Shown here: in pieces, positions 9,508 through 18,675 of the stretch | Layout of the letters: each line of letters begins with the position of its first letter | Position numbering within the stretch: position 1 is the first letter of the stretch | DNA from: Escherichia coli | GTDB taxonomy: Bacteria > Pseudomonadota > Gammaproteobacteria > Enterobacterales > Enterobacteriaceae | Direction: 5' to 3' (one strand) | Length of the DNA stretch: 64,000 bases | Assembly (NCBI RefSeq): GCF_024502345.1 | Contig: NZ_JALDNN010000001.1 | Made by a program: the position numbers and the translations under genes | The notes under the pieces: model-generated | Database searches by the model: none | Told to the model about the DNA's origin: nothing | Seen by the model: the letters and a program-made list of their open reading frames with translations, nothing else

Positions 9508-9944
9508 GCCGTCACTTCCTCTATCCGGTTGGTATCAGCACGCACATCACTGTGCTCGCCCGTCCGGCAGGTGAGGCAGTAGCGCTCACCGTGGTAATCA
9601 CTGCCGCAGCCGTGACAGTGCCAGTCTGCGTAGAAAACCAGGGGACGGGCTTCCGGTACATAAGACTGCAGTTGCCGGATATGGCGGGTCTCCCTCACCC
9701 CGGGCTTTACATACGGGCAGTGCTGTCGACCGTTCTCCGAAAGCTTTGCTGCATGATGTTCAAACCACGGACGTTCGGTGTCGTATTCAGGATGGTACTG
9801 CAGGGCACTGGCACACAGATGGCAGCTGTAGCGGTCATACGGCGCGGTCTGCGCGGTTATGGCTCCCGTGAGACGGCCGTTGCCGTCCAGAGCCATAAAC
9901 GATTTTGCATACATAGTGGTACTCTCCTTACCGCCAGACGACAC
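9495..9944 (-). CDS. Cys-rich double zinc-ribbon protein (paralog 1)
   Basis: Carries YSCHLCASALQYH..RPWFEHH and WHCHGCGSDYHG..YCLTCRTG. Confidence 0.6.
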   Translation of the reverse strand: MSSGGKESTTMYAKSFMALDGNGRLTGAITAQTAPYDRYSCHLCASALQYHPEYDTERPWFEHHAAKLSENGRQHCPYVKPGVRETRHIRQLQSYVPEARPLVFYADWHCHGCGSDYHGERYCLTCRTGEHSDVRADTNRIEEVTACAC

Positions 9945-10203
9945 GCAGGCGTCAGCCGTCCCGGTACGGGCAGCGTGGCAGGGTGAATGGCGGTTCAGTT
10001 ATGCGTTAGCGGGTCGGTACGGTTGGTGGTCGGCACCGGAATACAGAAAGGTTACGGTTGTGCAGGTGCGTCGGTGGGTCTGAAACAAACGGGACAGGGT
10101 CTGGCGCCACAGTACTGTCGCCGGCAACGGGGACACGTCCAGCGAACCGGGATGGCCTGTGGCTGAGTGCGGCGTCGTTTTTCCATTCAGATATCCTCCC
10201 TGC

Positions 10204-10443
10204 TCAGACGCCACGGGAATCAGCAATACGCTGCTGCATCCAGGCTTCCACCTCGCTTCTGCGCCAGCGGGAGCTGCGCCCCAGCTTGATGGGTTTCGGA
10301 AACAACCCGTCGCCAATCAGTTTGTAAAACCATTTGTCGGTCATCCCGGTAAACGTGGTGATAAAGGTCATGTCGATAAGCGGGTCCTGAGCTGAAAGCA
10401 GTGTGTCAGGGCTGGCATTAATATTCGTATTCAACGTGGTCAT
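10204..10443 (-). CDS. AlpA-family prophage/island transcriptional regulator
   Basis: Carries LIDMTFITTFTGMTDKWFYKLIGDGLFPKPIKLGRSSRWRRSEVEAWM, the AlpA/Phage_AlpA HTH signature. Confidence 0.85.
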   Translation of the reverse strand: MTTLNTNINASPDTLLSAQDPLIDMTFITTFTGMTDKWFYKLIGDGLFPKPIKLGRSSRWRRSEVEAWMQQRIADSRGV

Positions 10444-10595
10444 GGTATTTTTCTCCCTCTGAGGATATGGCTATCGGGAGACGTCCGGTGGTGGTTGAAT
10501 CATGGGGTTACCGGTTCTCCTCAGAGGATAGGGGAACGTTGTAAAAAATTACCCGGCCCGCACAATCAGGCCTGATGAATCGAGATATGTCTGGC

Positions 10596-11201
10596 TCAGC
10601 CACGGCTGCAACCGAAGTTACGCTCACCGTCACCGGTGATTTTGGTCTCCAGCTTGGCTAAATAGGCCGCCTGCGACAGGGCCTGTTGCAGTTGAGCACC
10701 ATCGCCACGTGTCAACCATGAGACTGGACTCGCCGGGAAACGAGCCAGAACGGCATGCGCCTGTGCATCCACCTTCAGGGCGCTGCACCACGCTTGTTTA
10801 ATCATACCTGCAAGCGAATCCGGGTCTTTGTAATCTCCCGGTCCGCACCACGTATCGCGGTTCAGCAACAGCACCGCGTGGTAATGCTTCTTCCCTTTGA
10901 TTTCACCAAACTCCCGCGCCCAGATAAAACGCAGCGTGGTCGGCCAGACGCGTTTGCCCTCGCGACGTTGACGCGTCTGAAGGGCATCAATCCGGGCTTT
11001 CAGGGAATCGGTGAAGCGGGAGATAACAGCAGCATCGGTGGCCGCTGGCGTATCCGGCAGACGGAGGTCAACACGCAGGGCCAGTAAGCGGGTGTAAGCG
11101 TTAAGAGCGCAACTGAAGGTATCAGCGATGCGTTGCTGCCAGTAAGGGTCGTATGTGTAACTCATTAAAATGGACTCCGGTGGGTTATCGTTCATAACCA
11201 T
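10596..11201 (-). CDS. YfjJ/YagK-family (inovirus Gp2-like) protein
   Basis: Carries LRVDLRLPD...ISRFTDSLKARI...LRFIWAREFG..KKHYHAVLLLNRDTW. The true start may be the internal MSYTYDPYW at 11165. Confidence 0.8.
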   Translation of the reverse strand: MVMNDNPPESILMSYTYDPYWQQRIADTFSCALNAYTRLLALRVDLRLPDTPAATDAAVISRFTDSLKARIDALQTRQRREGKRVWPTTLRFIWAREFGEIKGKKHYHAVLLLNRDTWCGPGDYKDPDSLAGMIKQAWCSALKVDAQAHAVLARFPASPVSWLTRGDGAQLQQALSQAAYLAKLETKITGDGERNFGCSRG

Positions 11202-11336
11202 TACCGGTGCTGTTAAAAAAAACTTATTGCCTTCAGCGAGTCCGCCAGTCGATCCCTCAGAGACGGCTGGCTTCAGTAAAATATCGTGGCTGGCAGAATG
11301 ATTGCGTAAAGGGTAATCGCCTCTCAGAAATCGGTT

Positions 11337-11857
11337 CTAATGCCGGGTGACCCGAAGGCTGCGAAAAAACAGTCTTCCCGTTAGACGATGGCGGGTACGC
11401 TTGACATAAGCGGCGTCAACGAGTTCATCGGGTGGCAAATCACGGGTGATATTACAAATCGTCGCCAGTGCTGTATCGGAGAGTTTAAAACTCCGTGACA
11501 AGGCGTAGTAATCCCCGGTTTTTTGGTTACTGATGTTATCGAATAACGCTCTGAAGAAATCCGTCTGTGAAGGTCTGCGGGCGTTGATAATTGCCTCTGT
11601 CGCTTCATCCCTGAATGTTACCTCCACCTCTTCCATCCCCAGTGAGCGAATGATCCCGGCAATGTCAGGCCAGTAGCGAAGATCGAAACTGTTAAGTCGC
11701 TGCAATTCTGGCTTACAGAAGCAGCTGAAGATTGCGATGCCCTTGTATTGACCTGGACCCAAAATAGGTTGTGGTTACCCTGAAAAGCAAATATTACCCC
11801 AGAGGGATGTATATACCCGGGGCAAGAGCCCCTGTACCAGTCCCTCATTGCTGTCAT
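11337..11857 (-). pseudogene. Hypothetical gene, probably frameshifted near 11760
   Basis: ORF 11618-11857 (MTAMRDWYRGSCPGYIHPSGVIFAFQGNHNLF..) runs into ORF 11337-11762 (..GPGQYKGIAIFSCFCKPELQRL...) in another frame with no gap. It could instead be a shorter intact gene starting at MEEVEVTF (11636). Confidence 0.35.
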
Positions 11858-13311
11858 GATATTATTACCCCGTTCAATAAGCCCGATAAATAATCGTTAT
11901 CGGGACTACTGCTAAAACGCCCTGTAACGCATCAGGAGCGCCATATTCATACTAACCACAGATTTCCACTATCGTGTTATTCAATGCGCTTATGCAGGCT
12001 CACAGGAAGCTATGGCGGTATAAGACACTACAGCGCTCAATTACTTATTAAATAGCTTGCGGTGATTACCAGGATAATCACCCTATTCCACGTCACCTCA
12101 ATCGGGTTATTCTGTTTACGATACAATCATGACTATTATCACCAACACGGATAATGCCCCGTTTACAGTCGTTACCAATGGCCTTGTTTACACATATCAA
12201 AAAACTTTCAGGGATAACGGGTCACCGTAGTATCTGTAACTGACAGGTATTGTAAGCGTCAATATCAGGCAGACAGAGCAATACCGACAGGCTTACTACA
12301 GGTTAGTTCACTGACTGAGCATTTAACGCTCATCACTAATACGCAGACCAGTAATAAACCATTGATACTCACCTGCTGATTTTCAGGCATGACCATTCAC
12401 CCAAAACGTTACTGTTAACCAGTAACCACCCTGTCGTTATGATTATTAGATTACTGATGTTAATCATCTTCACTTTTATCCTGACGAGGACTAGTCAATG
12501 GTAATATCGACTCAATTCAATTCTGTTTTCTTAATGATAGATTTTTAATGAGTGCTAAACATTCAGGTTGTGACTACATTGAATGGTGTATTTCTTACCT
12601 GATGGCAATGATTGCTCAATGGATACCATCCAATAGTACTATCCCCTTAGTGAATACCTTCAGATAATAATACCTCCCAGGCATAACCCACTTACTGATA
12701 ACACATCATCGATTACTGTTACAAATGATAAGACCCCTTCTTTAATATATTAATACCAATCCAACACGCCAGGCATAACAATAGCTATGAAGATAACCAC
12801 GCCAGACAGCACTTACCTACAACAAACGCCTGCATCAGTTACTCTGGAATTATCTTTTTTCAATAACATGAAAATAGACACCACGTCATATCAAATAACC
12901 TCAATCAAATTAACCCCGTATCATCACTGCCCGCAGAAGCCCTCAATCCTGATTATGAGCAACAAAATGGAAATACCTCATGGCAGCCCGACCTGATACC
13001 AGAAATGCCCCCTGAAGCGAACCAGGCACCATGATGGGGATGAAAACGAAAGCATGCAGGAGAACAAGATAACCTATTGAGACGATACTCATCCAGTAAA
13101 CAGAGAAGCATCTGAGAGATAAACAAAGAAAATGACAACTTTAAAACCATGGTAAAACCTTGTCAAAACCAGTATAAATCAACAATAAAACCTCACGATG
13201 ACTACCAGATGTGTTTTTAAGTGACGATAAAACCATCATCGTGATACTGTGTAGCTACAACAATCACCACCATAACCACTACTATGTAGTTTACGATTAC
13301 AGGTATCCACA

Positions 13312-14280
13312 ATGGTTGTACATTACGACAATGGCAGACAACATCTTATAAAAACCCGTGACCTGAGAGTCTGTGCTTTTTATGCCGGGTGGCTGGGTGT
13401 TAATAAAATAATTAACACCCGTGACATTCCTCACCAGGATGCAGAAAGTTGTCGACAGGCACTCAACAAACTGATTAATCAGTTCATACCGAATGCAGAA
13501 CAGCGGGCAAGACTTTTTTCTGATATGGAAACAGCCCGTGATGAAAACATCCTTCCGCTGGAAAGTTTTGACTGGCTAGAACAGGATGAACGGGCAACAT
13601 TCTGGTTATGGGCGTATATTTGCAAGGCCGGAGACTACGAACTTGGTATTGACAAACCAGCAAATGCAGAGTTCGGAAAGAACTGGTATCAGCGAATGAA
13701 TCTGAGTGTATCTCCGACAAGCCACCAGGAAAGAATTAATATTATCATCTCTTTTTTCGACAACATTATTATTCCGACCCCACCGGTAAATCATCTCAAG
13801 CGCCAGGTCATGGACAGGCTGAAAGACCAGTGGAAAAATATTTACAGCAAACCAGCTCCGCTGAAATGGTTACCTAATGAAGAAGACGCGGTACTGTGGG
13901 CATGGAACAGCCTCAAATCGCTTCAGGAAGAAAGAAATGCGCCCACTATCGGGCTCTCATTAAATATTTCAACGCCAGGAATGAGTACCTGGTTTACCCC
14001 CCTGAGTCATTCTGAACGCAATTTAGCCCTGCGCACGGCGATCGACTTATGGGACGATGCACCGGATACAAAGCGTTTATTCCTTCTGAACCTGAATAAA
14101 GCCTGGAACCAGCAAAAATTACGTCAGTCCCGTACCGATAAAAAAGCACTCAATACGTACCTGAAGAACGAAACAAAAACTCGACTGGACTTTATGGCAG
14201 AACGTAGCGGAGTTCGCATCAGTGATATGCTGGAAATGCTGATTAATGACCATTACCGAAAAACCTGTGGTGGTGAGTGA
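13312..14280 (+). CDS. YfjH-like island protein with a C-terminal ribbon-helix-helix-like tail (322 aa)
   Basis: Paralogous in layout to 40694-41503 (ATFWLWAYI / AAFWFWLVI; LxWAW; SxxER). The C-terminus KALNTYLKNETKTRLDFMAERSGVRISDMLEMLI looks like an Arc/CopG RHH. Confidence 0.6.
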   Translation: MVVHYDNGRQHLIKTRDLRVCAFYAGWLGVNKIINTRDIPHQDAESCRQALNKLINQFIPNAEQRARLFSDMETARDENILPLESFDWLEQDERATFWLWAYICKAGDYELGIDKPANAEFGKNWYQRMNLSVSPTSHQERINIIISFFDNIIIPTPPVNHLKRQVMDRLKDQWKNIYSKPAPLKWLPNEEDAVLWAWNSLKSLQEERNAPTIGLSLNISTPGMSTWFTPLSHSERNLALRTAIDLWDDAPDTKRLFLLNLNKAWNQQKLRQSRTDKKALNTYLKNETKTRLDFMAERSGVRISDMLEMLINDHYRKTCGGE

Positions 14281-14629
14281 GGGCTTTGCGCTAAAAACAA
14301 GGTGAGCGGAGGCAGTAATACAGACCAGAAATGACATTCAAAATAATTTCAGACCTATATTACCGGTGTGAGAACGGCAGCAGAAGTGCTGCCGTTTTGT
14401 TATTTCACTCACGGAGGTTAATGTGTCCAGTAAGAACAAACGGGGTCCCGATACCCTGTTACCGTCGTTATTCCTTCTCCCGGGTCAACTGTCCCACAAA
14501 ATACCCGTGCGTATGCTTCTCGCGCTAAGTCACAGCTATGCTTTCTGTTCCGGTACCCAGGTCTCTCTGATACACGGTCCGCCAGCTCATGAAGGCGGCT
14601 ATTTATTGCCAGTAATAAGGGAGAAAGAA

Positions 14630-14926
14630 ATGCATTGTCCGAATTGCGGTTCGCAAAACATACGACTGCGCCATGTGGGTAAAAAGACGGGTGGGGTCAT
14701 TGGCGCAACAGCCGGAGGCATTGCCGGGCTTGAAGGAGCCTCCACCGGTGCGCTGATAGGTTCAGTCATTCCGGTTGTCGGTACGATAGCCGGAGGCCTC
14801 ATTGGTTTTCTGTCCGGCGCCTGTGCTGGTGCGGTGGCAGGCTCTCTGGCCGGAGAACAACTGGACGGTACCGTCTTTGATGAATACGGCTGCACGCAGT
14901 GCGAGCATATCTTCAGTGCACCGTAA
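14630..14926 (+). CDS. Small zinc-ribbon plus glycine-zipper protein (98 aa)
   Basis: ATG at 14630 follows GGGAGAAAG. Reads MHCPNCGS...; the GxxxG-rich segment is GGVIGATAGGIAGLEGASTGALIGSVIPVVGTIAGGLIGFLSGACAGAVAGSLAG, and the C-terminal motif is GCTQCEH. Confidence 0.6.
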   Translation: MHCPNCGSQNIRLRHVGKKTGGVIGATAGGIAGLEGASTGALIGSVIPVVGTIAGGLIGFLSGACAGAVAGSLAGEQLDGTVFDEYGCTQCEHIFSAP

Positions 14927-15187
14927 CGTTAATAAGGGTCAGCCCATCCTGCACAAAGCCTGAGCCGCTGACCGTACTCGCTACGGCACGACTGATGACA
15001 GGGCGTGTCAGCATGCTGTCGTCATTTCAGCTACCTGGCACTAACCCTTTGTTAATTCTCCTGTTTACTGAAAGATGAATTTTACTTTTTCTTTTCCGCC
15101 ATTACGGGGGATGGACATAACGTGTCCCTCCCCGCCCGCATAATAACCGCATGAAATATCAACCTATTTATCGCACACGGAGCGTCC

Positions 15188-15916
15188 ATGCAACGACCCG
15201 ATGAAGAGGCCCGCTACGACCGGCTGGCCGTCAGATTGTCGGTCATTATCAGCCGGTTAATGGCCGGAGAAACGCTGACCCTTCAGACACTGTCCGGTGA
15301 GTTTGGTGTATCGATACGCACCCTGCGTCGTGACTTACATCAACGGCTGGTCCACCTCGACATTATCGGGGAGAACGGCACGTATCGGCTCAGTGAGAGC
15401 GCCACGCGTGATCACTCTCCGGGGGCCGTTTCCTTTGCCCGCAGTACCGGTATCGCACGCATTATCCCGTCGCAGAACCGGCAACTGATGCACCTGCTGA
15501 TGAATGAAACGGGCACCTCACCCTGCTTTATCTGGCACGACTTACCGCCAGCATGGACACAGGCTGACAGTTTTCATCGTCTGGCCGAAGCCATTTGTCA
15601 TCACCGGGTGGTCAGTCTGCTGGTCGGCGGTGTCCGTCACGATGAGCAGGAGCCTTACCGCCTGATTTACCGGCATCAGCACTGGTATCTGGTCGTCTGT
15701 TGCCGGGGGAGCCTTCGGGTGTTCCGGCTGGAAGACATTATCTCGGCCTCACTCTCAGAGCAAACCTTCCGTCGCCGGAGCGAAATCAGTTCGCTCATTA
15801 CTGAAGAGGGATTTATCAGCGCACTGCCCCACTTTCGCTTTATCAGTGATGTCATTCACACCTTCAGGGAACAACACCCTGAACATCCATCCAGACCCAA
15901 AGGAGTCAAATCGTGA
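15188..15916 (+). CDS. WYL-domain transcriptional regulator (HTH plus WYL)
   Basis: Has the N-terminal HTH LTLQTLSGEFGVSIRTLRRDL and the central EPYRLIYRHQHWYLVVC motif. Its stop overlaps the next gene's start. Confidence 0.75.
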   Translation: MQRPDEEARYDRLAVRLSVIISRLMAGETLTLQTLSGEFGVSIRTLRRDLHQRLVHLDIIGENGTYRLSESATRDHSPGAVSFARSTGIARIIPSQNRQLMHLLMNETGTSPCFIWHDLPPAWTQADSFHRLAEAICHHRVVSLLVGGVRHDEQEPYRLIYRHQHWYLVVCCRGSLRVFRLEDIISASLSEQTFRRRSEISSLITEEGFISALPHFRFISDVIHTFREQHPEHPSRPKGVKS

Positions 15917-16179
15917 AACCTGTCGAAGGCCCTCTGCTGCTCTTCACCCTGATGTTGTCTGCCGTAACCCTGAGCGGCTGTGGCGACAAAAATGAACGCG
16001 AGTTTATCCGGGGATGCAAATCAGGCGGCGGTACTACCGCCGTCTGCGGATGTATCCGGGATGACCTCAAAACGAAATATACGCACGGGGAGCTGGAGAA
16101 AATGAACCAGCAATACGGTTATGTCCCCCCGCGCTTCATGGACAACATGCTGAGCGCTGCTCAGCAGTGCAGAAAATAA
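15913..16179 (+). CDS. Small lipoprotein
   Basis: Signal peptide with lipobox LLLFTLMLSAVTLSGC. The GTG start overlaps the regulator's stop (GTGA). Confidence 0.65.
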   Translation: MKPVEGPLLLFTLMLSAVTLSGCGDKNEREFIRGCKSGGGTTAVCGCIRDDLKTKYTHGELEKMNQQYGYVPPRFMDNMLSAAQQCRK

Positions 16180-16191
16180 GGAAATCTGAAC

Positions 16192-16503
16192 ATGGCGCTT
16201 GTCATTAAATATTTCGCGATTGCCTTCGCCATCGCGCTTGTGGTCGTGCTGTTTAACGTGTTCGGGAGTACCGGCGAGATACGCAGTTTTGGTCAGGGAA
16301 TGGAATATCTGTTCTGGATGACGCTTGGGCCCGGAGCCGGTATGACGGTCGGTGCTGCTCTTCGACAATGGCTGATGCCGGATGCGGTATACACCCGCGA
16401 AGGAATGACCGGATTACTCAAGGCCCGTCTGTTCTGGCTTGTGGGCCCACAGTATATCGGCTGGCTGGCCGGACTTATCGTCGTGGGTAAACAACTCATG
16501 TAA
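16192..16503 (+). CDS. Small inner-membrane protein (3 predicted TM segments)
   Basis: Hydrophobic segments include IKYFAIAFAIALVVVLFNVF and LFWLVGPQYIGWLAGLIVVG. It lies 12 nt after the previous gene. Confidence 0.55.
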   Translation: MALVIKYFAIAFAIALVVVLFNVFGSTGEIRSFGQGMEYLFWMTLGPGAGMTVGAALRQWLMPDAVYTREGMTGLLKARLFWLVGPQYIGWLAGLIVVGKQLM

Positions 16504-16549
16504 CACGGCTGCCCCCCAACAACATTTTTGACTGAGAAGGAAAAATACC

Positions 16550-17020
16550 ATGCGATTCATGCACGCCATCCTGTCAGCAGGATTACTGACCTTTGCCATC
16601 ACGGCACAGGCGGTCCCCAATATGTGGAGCAGTGGCTTCGGTATGGGCGTCACCGAGTACATCATCACCAGCCCGGAAAACGTGATGATGAACCTGAACT
16701 GCACCGGCAACCCTGACGACCAGAATATCCTGCAGCATCACGTCATGCTCACCCTGCCTGACGGCAGCGGTGCCGATTCACAGGATGAGAAAACCGCCAT
16801 CACCGTCGTCACGGATGACCAGACGTTCCCCCTGCCGTCCTCTCTGGGCTGGCGTAACGGCGACAACGCCTGGCTGTCGTTCATTGATGCCATCAGAAAA
16901 GCAACGTCGTTTGAGATTTACGTCAACGACAAACAGGTGGGGCACTTTACCCCTTCGGCTGGAAACGTTCACAAGGTTCTGGCTGATATGCCCGAATGCA
17001 CGACACTGACCGCCGGGTAA
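16550..17020 (+). CDS. Secreted/periplasmic protein (YfjT-like position)
   Basis: Has the cleavable signal peptide MRFMHAILSAGLLTFAITAQA|VP and an RBS AAGGAAAAA upstream. Confidence 0.6.
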   Translation: MRFMHAILSAGLLTFAITAQAVPNMWSSGFGMGVTEYIITSPENVMMNLNCTGNPDDQNILQHHVMLTLPDGSGADSQDEKTAITVVTDDQTFPLPSSLGWRNGDNAWLSFIDAIRKATSFEIYVNDKQVGHFTPSAGNVHKVLADMPECTTLTAG

Positions 17021-17068
17021 CCCGGCGCATCCCCGGTTTACAGCAAAATCAATCAAGGACAATACGAT

Positions 17069-17581
17069 ATGACCGACATTTCGACACTCAGCCAGCGACT
17101 GACGACGCCAACCCTGCATTTTGTTCTACTCACCGTCGCCACCTGCGGCATCTGGCCGTTACTGTGGCTGTACCGAAAACAGCAGATTATCAGCGACACC
17201 ACCGGATATCCGGTTTGCGGCAATCTGTTTATCATCTGGCTCGCCGTCTGTTTTGGGCTCGGACGACAGTTCGGCGTGATGGCCTCACCGGACCTGGCGG
17301 GCTACTACACGGGCAGCGATACACTGTTGGCCTTAAGCGGCATTCTGTCGCTCACCTGCGGCGTGATGTACATCGTCTGGGCCTTTAAGGCCAGAGCAGC
17401 ACTGCGACACTATGCGCTGAACACCTTCCGGTTTGACCTGAAGATGAATGCGTTTTATACCGTGGTGCTCAACGTCTTCTACATTACATACTGCATCAAC
17501 GATATGCCGCAGGCACTGGCGAAGCACCGCATTATTCATGGTCAGGCCCCTGTGCCGCCGGAGTCTCCGTCACCGCAGTAA
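17069..17581 (+). CDS. DUF4234-like membrane protein
   Basis: Carries the LHFVLLTVATCGIWPLLWLYRK motif and further TM segments. Confidence 0.55.
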   Translation: MTDISTLSQRLTTPTLHFVLLTVATCGIWPLLWLYRKQQIISDTTGYPVCGNLFIIWLAVCFGLGRQFGVMASPDLAGYYTGSDTLLALSGILSLTCGVMYIVWAFKARAALRHYALNTFRFDLKMNAFYTVVLNVFYITYCINDMPQALAKHRIIHGQAPVPPESPSPQ

Positions 17582-17663
17582 CGCAGCTCTCCTCTTATTA
17601 TCCGGCCGGGGCATTCCTGTGTGCCCCAGATTCATCCGGATCCCCCCTCTGAGATTTGACCCA

Positions 17664-17885
17664 ATGACATTACTGAAAATCGTGCTCAACACCCTGCGTC
17701 AGGTGCTGACGTGGTGCGCCAGCAGCCGGGCGCAGCAGTTTGTGGAAGACCACTTCCGCGAAGAAGGCTATGACGAAGACAGTATTTACATCGCCAGACA
17801 GGCGGCAACCCTGCTCGCAGGTGCCTTAATCACAGCGCTCATGGAACAGATACTGCAGCTTATTGCCACACACTTAACCCACTGA
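17664..17885 (+). CDS. Small hypothetical protein (73 aa)
   Basis: Internal ATG of ORF 17448-17885 ([15 protein letters not shown]...). The upstream part of that ORF overlaps the preceding gene. Confidence 0.35.
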   Translation: MTLLKIVLNTLRQVLTWCASSRAQQFVEDHFREEGYDEDSIYIARQAATLLAGALITALMEQILQLIATHLTH

Positions 17886-17940
17886 TGCCCTGCTCACTGA
17901 GCGGGGCATTTTGTTTTATGCCATTCATCAGGAACTGAAT

Positions 17941-18174
17941 ATGCAAGTCACTGACGATACGTCGTTACCGCCAGGGCAATTCACCCGCCGACAGGCTGAA
18001 GCCGTGGTCACGCTTTACCACAACGTCACTATAGAAGATGACCAGGGTACGCACTTTCGGCTGGTTATTCGCGACAGCGAGGGGACGTTAATCTGGCGGG
18101 CCTGGAATTTTGAAGCCAGTGCCGGGGAATGGCTTAACCGCTATCTGCTCAGCCACGGGATCCCCAAACACTGA
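17941..18174 (+). CDS. DUF905/UPF0401 (YkfF-like) small protein
   Basis: Carries [44 protein letters not shown] and is paralogous to 44225-44458. Confidence 0.7.
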   Translation: MQVTDDTSLPPGQFTRRQAEAVVTLYHNVTIEDDQGTHFRLVIRDSEGTLIWRAWNFEASAGEWLNRYLLSHGIPKH

Positions 18175-18212
18175 CACACCACAGCTTAACCCAATAGCGA
18201 CCACACAAAAAA

Positions 18213-18246
18213 GCCATGCTCCCACAGGAGCATGGCTGTTTTGTTT
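18213..18246 (+). terminator. Rho-independent terminator
   Basis: GCCATGCTCC-caca-GGAGCATGGC followed by TGTTTTGTTT. Confidence 0.7.
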
Positions 18247-18277
18247 ATGCCGTTAAATCAACAATAAGGAATTTACC

Positions 18278-18535
18278 ATGAGACTAGCCAGCCGCTTTGG
18301 ACGGACAAACCAGATCCGTCGCGATCGTCCGTTAACCCGCGAAGAACTGATGCAGGTCGTTCCCAGCGTATTCAGTGCAGATCGCCACGGTTCCAGGAGC
18401 GAAAAATACGCTTACATACCCACCATTACTCTGCTCGAAAATCTTCAACGCGAAGGCTTTGAACCCTTCTTCGCCTGCCAGTCACGCGTACGCGACCCTG
18501 ACCGCCGGGAGCACACCAAACATCTGCTGCGCCAT
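18278..18535 (+). pseudogene. DUF932 (YafZ/YfjQ-family) gene, N-terminal ~85 codons only; truncated at the cassette junction
   Basis: MRLASRFGRTNQIRRDRPLTREELMQVVPSVF...EGFEPFFACQSRVRDPDRREHTKHLLR parallels the intact paralog 44557-45375 up to about codon 85, then diverges. Confidence 0.8.
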
Positions 18536-18675
18536 CTTTGTAGACCGGAGAATGATGTTTGGATGAAAGCGAGTTTTGGTACCCTCATCATTGAGGGTAC
18601 CAACAGCAAAATACTCGGCGAATGCTATTGTCTAAGCACAGCGCCAAGCCTTAGCGGCACGAATAGTTGTTAACC

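Noticed and set aside
9124-9986. Plus-strand ORFs of 152, 81 and 204 aa across the zinc-ribbon genes
   Set aside because: They have Arg/Pro/Ala-rich, low-complexity translations typical of antisense frames in GC-rich coding DNA. The minus-strand genes have structured Cys motifs and paralogy.
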